A program made the translations under genes and the position numbers. 64,000 nt of DNA from an uncultured Alphaproteobacteria bacterium. Lineage in GTDB: Bacteria; Pseudomonadota; Alphaproteobacteria; Rhodobacterales; Rhodobacteraceae. Below are positions 55,962 through 64,000 of this stretch, piece after piece. The notes under the pieces are model-generated. The model was not told where the DNA came from. It did not search any database and worked only from the letters and a program-made list of their open reading frames with translations. The DNA lies in assembly GCA_963750745.1 (NCBI GenBank), contig CAVVSO010000012.1:481-64480 (forward strand). Reading direction: 5' to 3'. Positions within the stretch are counted from its first letter, which is position 1; the number at the start of each line of letters is the position of its first letter.

Positions 55962-56072
55962 GATGCGCCCTTGTTCTTATCGCAGCGGGCTTCGCCGCCT
56001 GCCCTCGTTTCGGGTGAGGGTCTGTATATTCGGCGCCGCGCGGCAGGGGAAGGGCGGAGTGCGCCGCCGCGA

Positions 56073-56847
56073 CTAGCCTCCGTTGGCGGCGGAGCGCACC
56101 TCGCCGACCAGCGCGCGCATCTGATCGAGCGGCAGGTAGCCGCGCACCATCCGGTTGTCGAAGACGAAGGTCGGGGTGCCGGCGATGGCGAGCTTCTCGG
56201 CGAGATCGCGGGTGGCGCCGAGCCGGCGGTCGACCTCGGGATCGGCCATCGCCGTGCGGATCGCCGCGGGATCGAGCCCGGTCTCGGTCAGCGCGTGATC
56301 GAGGGTCGCGTCGGTGACCTGGCCCTTCTGCGACATCAGCTGGTTGTGCAGCTTCGGCGTAGCTCTCCGGGCCGTCGGTGATCAGCGTGGCGATGGTCGC
56401 CCGCGCCGCGAGCTCGGAGCCGGGGCCGAGGATCGGCATTTCCTTGACGATCAGGCGGATGTCGCCGTCGGAGGTGACGAGCTCGCTGAGGTCCGGCTGC
56501 GCGCGCTTGCAGAAGCCGCACTGGTAGTCGAGGAACTCGACCAGGGTGAACTTGCCGTCGGGGTTGCCACCGACCCAGGAAAAGCCGTCGTCGAAGATCG
56601 CCGCGGCGTTGGCGGCGACCAGGCCCTTGTCGCCTTCCTCGGTGGCGGCCTGCTTCTTGGCCTCGAGGAGCTGGATCATCTCCATCAGGATGTCGGGGTT
56701 GGCGAGCAGATAGGCGCGGATCTCGGCGTGGAGCGCGGCCTTGTCGCTGTCGCTGAACGGCGAGGACTGGTTGGCTTCCTGCGCCGCCGCGGGAAGTGCG
56801 GTGGCGAGGGCGAGGGCGGCGGTCAGGCAGAGGAGGAGCTGTCGCAT
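56073..56847 (-). CDS. DsbA-family (Com1/ScsC-like) thiol oxidoreductase (frameshifted)
   Basis: Signal peptide, YLLANPDIL, EFLDYQCGFCKR, IAGTPTF. Confidence 0.9.
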
Positions 56848-56855
56848 GAGATCCT

Positions 56856-58178
56856 TCAGTTCAGCGCGCGTTTCGCCATGGTTATCATGTCCTGCGCCCG
56901 CCGCCACCCCGGGGAGCCTTCCGGCAAGAGCGCCGCGGCGCGCTCGGCGTTGCGGTCGGCGTCGCGGAAGCGGCCTTCCAGCGTGAAGCGCTCGGCGGTG
57001 GCGAGCGCTGCGGCGCCCTCGTGGCCGAGCCGCGCCTCGGCCAGCGCCAGGTCGCGCAGCACGTCGCTGTTGGCCTTGTCGGCGGCGGCCGAGCGCGCCA
57101 GCGCGTCGCGGGCCTCGGCGGTCACGCTGTCGTCGTCCATGTTGAGCAGCGCCCGGCCGAGGCCGCCGAGGATCAGCGGCTCCTTGGGCGCCAGCGCCAC
57201 CGCTTGGCGGTAAGCCTCGGCCGCGGCGGCGGCGTGGCCGGATTCGAGCAGGATCTGGCCCTTGAGCTCCTGATAGTAGGGATCGTCCGGGCGGAGCGCG
57301 ATCAGCGCGTCGACGGTCGCCGCGGCCTTGGCCGGATCGGGGCGGCGGTGCCAGGCGATGGCGCGGGAGAGGAGAGCGGTCTCGGAGGTGTCGCTGGCGG
57401 GATACTTGCGGAAGGTCTGCGCCGGGCTCTTGAGGAAGGCGTCGAGCTTGGCCACCATCCGGCCGTACCAATAGGCGTCCTCGGCCGAGGGCGGGCCGCC
57501 TTTCGGCAGCTGCGCGACGCGGTCCTCGATCATCGCGATGCGGTCGCTCCAGAGCGGGTGGTTCTGCGCGTAGGCGTCGGCATAGGCGCCGAGCATCTCG
57601 TCCTGGCCGCGGAAGTGGTCGAGGACCTGGAGCATCGCGTCGGGGTCGCTGCCGGCGGCGGCGAGGTAGCGCAGGCCGGCCTGGTCGGCGCTCGCCTCCT
57701 CGGTGCGGCTGTGCGCCAGCAGGCTGCGGTGCGCCGCCTGGGTCGCGCCGGTGGCGATGGCGACGCCGGCGCCGGGCGCGCCGCCGATCGCCGCGGCGGC
57801 GGCGCCGAGCATGCCGATCGCGGCGATGCCGCTGGCGCCGGCCAGCGCCTGGTCGCGGCGGGTCTGGTGGCCGCCGGTGATATGGCCGAGCTCGTGGGCG
57901 ATCACCGCGCGGACCTGGTCCATGCTGCCGAGCTCGGTGAGGAGCCCGGTGTTGACGAAGATGTTCTGGCCGCCGGCGACGAAGGCGTTGGGCTCGGGGT
58001 CCTGCAGGATATAGAGCCGCACGGTGCCGGGATTGACCCCGGCGGCGCGGAAGAGCGGGTAGGCGATCCGCTCCAGGCTGTGCTCGATCTCGGCGTCGCG
58101 GATCAGGGCGGCCGCTCCGGCGGGCGCCGCGGCGAGGGCCAGCGCCAGGCTTGCGAGGAGGCAGGCGATGGTCCGCAC
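56856..58178 (-). CDS. M48-family metalloprotease with TPR C-terminus (BepA-like)
   Basis: LIRDAEIE, PNAFVAGG, VIAHELGHI, EASADQAG. Confidence 0.92.
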   Translation of the reverse strand: MRTIACLLASLALALAAAPAGAAALIRDAEIEHSLERIAYPLFRAAGVNPGTVRLYILQDPEPNAFVAGGQNIFVNTGLLTELGSMDQVRAVIAHELGHITGGHQTRRDQALAGASGIAAIGMLGAAAAAIGGAPGAGVAIATGATQAAHRSLLAHSRTEEASADQAGLRYLAAAGSDPDAMLQVLDHFRGQDEMLGAYADAYAQNHPLWSDRIAMIEDRVAQLPKGGPPSAEDAYWYGRMVAKLDAFLKSPAQTFRKYPASDTSETALLSRAIAWHRRPDPAKAAATVDALIALRPDDPYYQELKGQILLESGHAAAAAEAYRQAVALAPKEPLILGGLGRALLNMDDDSVTAEARDALARSAAADKANSDVLRDLALAEARLGHEGAAALATAERFTLEGRFRDADRNAERAAALLPEGSPGWRRAQDMITMAKRALN

Positions 58179-58251
58179 GCGGCAGTCCCCCGGGTTGCGC
58201 GCTGCGGCGTTTCGTGCCTGATGGGCGCGAGCGAAGCCTAGGAGGGGCGCG

Positions 58252-59421
58252 GTGCGGACATCAAGCCGGGGCGAGGTCGATCCCTTCATCGTGATGGACG
58301 TGATGGAGGCGGCGCGCGCCGAGGAGGCGGCGGGGCGCTCGGTGATCCACATGGAGGTGGGCCAGCCCGGTACGCCGGCGCCGGTTGCGGCGCGAGCGGC
58401 GCTGGCGCGGGCAATGCAGGCGGGGTCGCTCGGCTACACGGTGGCGCTGGGGCTGCCGGAGCTTCGGGCGCGGATCGCGCGGCTCTATGGCGACTGGTAC
58501 GGGGTCGATCTCGATCCGGGGCGGGTGGTGGTCACCGCCGGGTCGTCGGCGGGGTTCATCCTGGCCTTCACCAGCCTGTTCGACGCCGGCGACCGGGTGG
58601 CGATCGGCGAGCCGGGCTATCCGAGCTACCGCCACATCATGAGCGCGCTCGACCTCGTGCCGGTGGGGATCGCCACCGGGCCGGAGGATCGGTTCCAGCC
58701 GGTGCCGGCGGATCTGGGGGCGGATCTCGCAGGGGTGCTGGTGGCGAGCCCGGCCAATCCCACCGGGACGATGCTGGCGCGCTCGGAGCTCGCGGCGCTG
58801 ATCGGGCGGGCGGCCGAGCTCGGCATCGCTTTCATCTCGGACGAGATCTACCACGGCATCCAGTATGGCGCGCCGGCGGTGTCGGCGCTGGAGATCTCGG
58901 ACGAGGTCTATGTGATCAACTCCTTCTCGAAGTACTTCTCGATGACCGGCTGGCGGATCGGCTGGATGGTGGTGCCGGAGGCGCACGTCCGCCGGGTCGA
59001 GCGGCTGGTGCAGAACTTCTTCATCTGCGCGCCGCACGCGAGCCAGGTGGCGGCGCTGGCGGCGCTCGATGCCGGCGACGAGATGGAGGAGAACCTCGCG
59101 GTCTATCGCGCCAACCGGGCGCTGATGCTCGAAGGGCTGCCGAAGGCGGGGTTCAGCCGGATCGCGCCGCCGGACGGGGCGTTCTACATCTATGCGGACG
59201 TCAGCGAGATGACCGGCGACAGCCGGGCGCTGGCGGCGCGGATCCTGCGCGAGGCCGGGGTGGCGGTGACGCCGGGGCTCGACTTCGACCCGCGGCGCGG
59301 CGGCGGCACGCTGCGGTTTTCCTATGCCGGAGCGACCGCCGACATCGCCGAGGGCATCGAGCGGCTCGCGGCCTGGGCCGGCGCCGCAGCGGCGCCGGCC
59401 GGGTCGGTCAGGAGCCGCTGA
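58252..59421 (+). CDS. PLP-dependent aminotransferase class I/II
   Basis: SPANPTG, SDEIYHG, NSFSKYFSMTGWRIGW. Confidence 0.93.
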   Translation: MRTSSRGEVDPFIVMDVMEAARAEEAAGRSVIHMEVGQPGTPAPVAARAALARAMQAGSLGYTVALGLPELRARIARLYGDWYGVDLDPGRVVVTAGSSAGFILAFTSLFDAGDRVAIGEPGYPSYRHIMSALDLVPVGIATGPEDRFQPVPADLGADLAGVLVASPANPTGTMLARSELAALIGRAAELGIAFISDEIYHGIQYGAPAVSALEISDEVYVINSFSKYFSMTGWRIGWMVVPEAHVRRVERLVQNFFICAPHASQVAALAALDAGDEMEENLAVYRANRALMLEGLPKAGFSRIAPPDGAFYIYADVSEMTGDSRALAARILREAGVAVTPGLDFDPRRGGGTLRFSYAGATADIAEGIERLAAWAGAAAAPAGSVRSR

Positions 59422-62031
59422 GCGCGCGCGACCACCAGCCGCGGCGCTTGGGGCCTTCCTCGGCGCGCTCGGCGGCTTCCGGGTCTTCCGCCGGTTCGGC
59501 CCGGGGCTCCCGCGGTGCCGGTGCGGCCTCGTCGGCCGCGGTGTCGTCGGCGGCGGCAGGGGCGGGCGGCGGGGTTTCCACCAGGCTCGGGGCGACGGTG
59601 CCGACGGTGGCGGCCACCACCTCGGCCAGGACCGCGGTCACCGGCTTGCGCACCCGCTCGCGCGCGCGGCGCCGCGGCGGCGCGTCGGCTTCGGGCACCT
59701 CGACGATCTCGGACACCGGCTCCTCGCCGAGGTCGATCACCTCGCCGAACGGCGAGGCGGCAACCGCGGCGGCCACCGGCTCGGGCGTCGTGGCTTCCTC
59801 GGGCGCCGGGGTCGCCGCGGCGCGGCCGCCGCGCGAGCGACGCCGCGACTTCGGCCGCTCCTCGGCTTCCGGCGCCTCGTCGGCGACCGGCTCCTGCGCG
59901 ACCGGATCCTCGGGCGCGGCTTCGACGGCTTCGGCGTCCGGGTCCGCGGCGGTCTCGGCCGGCGTTACCCCATCCTGCGAGGGCTTGCCGCCGCGACGGC
60001 GGCGACGGCGCTTGCGCTTGCCGTTGGTATGCCGCTCGCCGGAGGCGGCGGGCTCGGCGGTAGTCTCCTCCTCGTCCTCGGCGACGTCCTCCTCCTCGGC
60101 GACATCGTCGGGGTAGGGCACCGACGGCAGCAGCGAGGCCTCGAGCACCGGGATGATCCGCGAGGCGGTCTTGAAGCGCTCGACCCGGTAGTCGGGGCTG
60201 ATCAGCGAGGGATCGCCCTCGACGCGGACCGAGAGGCCGAAGCGGGCCTCGATCATCGCGATATGCTCGCGCTTCTGGTTCAGCAGGTAGTTGGCGATCT
60301 CGACGGGGGCGACGATCAGCACCTCCTTCGAGCGCGCCTTGACGCCCTCCTCCTCGATCTCGCGCAGGAGCGCCGAGCGCCATCGAGTCGTCGGAGCGGA
60401 CGCGGCCGGTGCCGTGGCAGTGCGGGCAGGCCTTGGTGGTCGCCTCGATCATGCCCGGGCGCAGGCGCTGGCGCGACATCTCGAGCAGGCCGAAGGCGGA
60501 GATGCGGCCGACCTGGATGCGGGCGCGGTCGGTCTTGAGCTTGTCCTTGAGCTTCTTCTCGACGGCGGCGTTGTTGCGCCGGTCCTCCATGTCGATGAAG
60601 TCGATGACGATGAGGCCGGCGAGGTCGCGCAGCCGCATCTGGCGGGCGGCCTCCTCGGCGGCCTCCATGTTGGTCTTGAGCGCGGTCTCCTCGATCGAGG
60701 CCTCGCGGGTGGCGCGGCCGGAGTTCACGTCGATCGCGACCAGCGCCTCGGTGACGTCGATGACGATGTAGCCGCCGGACTTGAGCTGCACCGTCGGGTT
60801 GAACATCGCCGAGAGGTAGCTCTCGACCTGGAAGCGCGAGAAGAGCGGCAGCGACGTCGGCATAATGCTTCACGTTCTTCGCGTGCGAAGGCATGAGCAT
60901 CTTCATGTAGTCCTTGGCCTCGCGGTAGCCGCGCTCGCCATCGACCAGGATCTCGTCCATCTCGCGGCTGTAGAGGTCGCGGATCGCCCGCTTGATCAGG
61001 CTGCCCTCCTCGTAGATCGGCGAGGGCGCGATCGACTTCAGCGTCAGGTCGCGGATCATCTCCCACTGGCGCAGCAGGTATTCGTAGTCGCGCTTGATCT
61101 CGGTCTTGGTGCGCGCGGCGCCCGCGGTGCGGATGATCAGCCCGGCGCCGTCCGGCACGGTGATCGAGGAGGAGATCTCCTTGAGCTTCTTGCGGTCGGC
61201 GGCGTTGGTGATCTTGCGGGAGATGCCGCCGCCGCGGGCGGTGTTGGGCATCAGCACGCAGTAGCGGCCGGCGAGCGAGAGATAGGTGGTCAGCGCCGCG
61301 CCCTTGTTGCCGCGCTCCTCCTTGACGACCTGCACCAGGAGGATCTGGCGGACCTTGATCACTTCCTGGATCTTGTAGCGACGCTGGCGCATCGGCTTGC
61401 GCGGCGCGCGCTCCTCGGCCGCGTCGTCACCGCCGACCGCCTCGTACTCGGGCTCGTGGTCGTGGTCATGCTCTTGATCGAGGTCGTGCGCAGGCTCGAG
61501 GTCGTGCGCATCCTCGCCGGGCTCCTCGGGCACGTCGATCGGCGATATCACCGGCGGCCGCGGACGGCGGCGGCACGTCCTCGAGCCCCGGCGCCGGCTC
61601 GATCTCGGTCACAGGTGCTACGAGCACCGCATCCTCGCCGGCCGGGAGCGCCCTCGGCGGCGGCCTGCGGCCGCGCGGCGGCTGCGCGAGCGGGTGCGCA
61701 GCTTGGGCTTCTCGCGGGTGGCTTCCTCCTCGGCCTCGCGGGCGAGGGCGGCCTCCTCGGCGATCAGCGCCTCGCGGTCGGCCTTGGGGATCTGGTAGTA
61801 GTCGGGATGGATTTCCGAGAAGGCCAGGAAGCCGTGGCGGTTGCCGCCGTAGTCGACGAAGGCCGCCTGCAGCGACGGCTCGACGCGGGTGACCTTGGCG
61901 AGATAGATGTTGCCGGCGAGCTGTCGCTTGTTCAGCGATTCAAAGTCGAACTCGTCGACCCGGGTTCCGTCCACCACCACCACGCGGGTCTCTTCCGCGT
62001 GGGTGGCGTCGATCAGCATTTTCTTGGTCAT
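59408..62031 (-). CDS. rne: Ribonuclease E (frameshifted)
   Basis: MTKKMLIDATHAEETRVVV, GNIYLAKVTRVEPSLQAAFVDYG, AIDVNSG, IDFIDM, CPHCHG, C-terminal RRGWWSR. Confidence 0.96.
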
Positions 62032-62571
62032 GATTGCTTTCGTGAACGGCAGCGCCGCGTGCCGCGAAGCGGCCGCGTCGATGCTGCGTTCCAAGGGATG
62101 ATGCGGACGAGCGCCGACCCGCCATCACCGCCGTGCCCTGGGTCGGGCCGGTGTTTGTGACGGCTTCGGGTCCTGCGCGCTTCACCGCGGTTTGTCTCCG
62201 GCGCGGGGCATTCTCAGGCCCCGGGCCCATTCAGTCCGGGCCGACGGCCCGGTTGGATTCCTTCTCGGCGCGAACGCCATGCCGCAGGTGTGCCGGACGA
62301 TCCAAGACGACTGTAGTGGTCTTGCGATGCCGCGAGCGTGCGACGAATACGAGTACGACCCGGCTGCTTATGCCGCCGTTTCGACCGCTCACCTTATGCA
62401 TGGGCGCGTCACAATGACAAATGGTTTTTCCGGCGCGCAAACGCAAGGCATCGCCGAAGCCGGTGGAAAGTCGAGTGATTTCCGCCATGACGCGTTCATC
62501 GGCCCGGCGGCTCGCCGTTTCGGCGCGACCGCGGCCGCGGTCGCGCGGGACCGCCGGCCGGGCGTCGGTTT

Positions 62572-62600
62572 TTGACGTTTGCGGCGGTCTTCGATAGTGT
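62572..62600 (+). promoter_or_regulatory. Sigma70-like promoter for mrcA
   Basis: TTGACG (62572)-N17-TAGTGT (62595), 27 nt before the GTG start. Confidence 0.5.
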
Positions 62601-62627
62601 GCCGCCAGCGATGATGGGGCCCGAATC

Positions 62628-64000
62628 GTGCTGCGTTTGATTTTGAGGTTTTTCGGTTTTCTCTTCAGTTGGCTCGCGATCGGCTCGATCATGGCGCTGG
62701 CGGGGCTCGCGGCGGTTTTCGCGATCTACGGCAAGGACTTGCCCGATTATGCCCAGCTCGAGAACTACGCCCCGGCGACGCTGAGCCGGATCTACTCCGG
62801 CCAGGGCCGGCTGATCGACGAGTTCGCCCGCGAGCGGCGGGTCTTCACGCCGATCGACGAGATCCCCGACCTGGTGAAGGAAGCCTTCATCTCGGCGGAG
62901 GACAAGAACTTCTACGCGCATCACGGCTTCGATCCGCGCGGCATCGTGGCCGCGCTCTACGATGCGGCGGTGCACGGCGGGCGGCTGCGCGGCGCCTCGA
63001 CCATTACCCAGCAGGTGATGAAGACCTTCCTCCTGACCGGCGACCGCTCGGGCGAGCGCAAGATCAAGGAGATCATCCTCGCCACCCGCCTGGAGAATAC
63101 CCTCAGCAAGGACGAGATCCTCCAGCTCTACCTCAACGAGATCTTTCTCGGCCAGAACTCCTACGGCGTCACCGCGGCCGCGCAGATCTATTTCGCCAAA
63201 TCGCTGGAGCAGCTCACGCTCGCCGAGACCGCGTATCTGGCGGCGCTGCCGCAGGCGCCGAGTGTGCTGCATCCGGTGCGCGAGAAGGCGCGCGCCATCG
63301 CCCGGCGCAACTACGTGCTCGATCAGATGGCGGCGAACGGTTACGTGACCCGCGCCGCGGCCGATGCGGCCAAGGCGCAGGATCTGCTCACCGTGCAGAG
63401 CGGCGCCATCGCCTCGGCCCGCAGCGAGATGCCGCCGCGGGACTATTTCACCGACGAGATCCGGCGGCAGCTTTCGGAGAAGTTCGGCGACGAGGAGCTC
63501 TTCACCGGCGGGCTGACCATCCGCGCCACCGTCGATCCCGACCTGCAGCAGGTGGCGGCCGACGCGCTGCGCGCCGGCCTGGAGCAGTACGACCGCGGCC
63601 TCAAGGTCTATCGCGGGCCGGTGGCGCAGATCGATCCGGCGAGCTTCGATGTCGCCGACGAGGCGAGCTGGCGGCGGGCGCTCGGCGCCACGCCGGTGCC
63701 GCGCGACATCAGCGGCTGGCACGCGGCGGTGATCCTGTCGCTCGACGAGACCGGCGCCAAGATCGGCGTCGAGGGCGTGCCGGAAGCGGCGGGCGGCGAC
63801 GTCCTGAGCTTCGAGGACGCCTCCTGGGCGCGGATCCGCGCCAGCGAAACCGGCCGCCTGCGCGCGGCGCAGGGGCCGGACGACCTCTGGGACGTCGGCG
63901 ACGTGGTGCTGGTCAAGGCGATCGAGAAGGACGGCGGCTTCGACCACTGGTCCTACCGCCAGATCCCGGCGATCCAGGGCGGCTTCATGGCGATGGACAC
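62628..64000 (+). CDS. mrcA: Penicillin-binding protein 1A (partial, runs off the window)
   Basis: My translation from GTG 62628: N-terminal TM, DLPDY, FISAEDKNFY.HHGFD, GASTITQQV, RKIKE, LYLNEIFLG. Confidence 0.93.
   Translation, partial: MLRLILRFFGFLFSWLAIGSIMALAGLAAVFAIYGKDLPDYAQLENYAPATLSRIYSGQGRLIDEFARERRVFTPIDEIPDLVKEAFISAEDKNFYAHHGFDPRGIVAALYDAAVHGGRLRGASTITQQVMKTFLLTGDRSGERKIKEIILATRLENTLSKDEILQLYLNEIFLGQNSYGVTAAAQIYFAKSLEQLTLAETAYLAALPQAPSVLHPVREKARAIARRNYVLDQMAANGYVTRAAADAAKAQDLLTVQSGAIASARSEMPPRDYFTDEIRRQLSEKFGDEELFTGGLTIRATVDPDLQQVAADALRAGLEQYDRGLKVYRGPVAQIDPASFDVADEASWRRALGATPVPRDISGWHAAVILSLDETGAKIGVEGVPEAAGGDVLSFEDASWARIRASETGRLRAAQGPDDLWDVGDVVLVKAIEKDGGFDHWSYRQIPAIQGGFMAMD

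Overview
High-GC alphaproteobacterial chromosome segment. Gene content and order suggest Rhodobacterales (an inference). Single-base indels break many genes, including housekeeping ones (accB, accC, rne, cyoB, glcB). I therefore treat the frameshifts as long-read assembly errors and rebuilt genes across frames, so some ends are approximate. Left to right: (1) a five-gene minus-strand operon of exported or membrane-anchored proteins, comprising three RoxA/MauG-like dihaem c-type cytochromes, one monohaem protein and one non-haem protein; (2) malate synthase G and small accessory genes; (3) a ~16 kb tetritol (erythritol/threitol) catabolic region with eryABCD, TPI-like and RpiB-like isomerases, DhaK/DhaL, an SDR, an extra FGGY kinase and a sugar ABC system whose ATPase runs straight into an HTH-less SorC/EryD sugar-binding domain; (4) a LacI-regulated sugar-type ABC plus MBL lactonase operon whose promoter has two inverted 14-bp operators around a perfect TTAA-N7-TTAAC (CtrA-type) box; (5) a CUT1 ABC plus GH116 operon; (6) MFS, cyoABCD and SURF1; (7) ArsR-SRPBCC-MFS; (8) the core block NDUFA12, mlaD, DUF2155, [orphan], aat, accC, accB, DsbA, M48, aminotransferase, rne, mrcA. 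I saw no rRNA, tRNA, CRISPR array or transposase. The best novelty candidates are the cytochrome operon, the ATPase-SorC fusion, the CtrA-box lactonase/ABC module, and 11-bp-phased intergenic repeat arrays.
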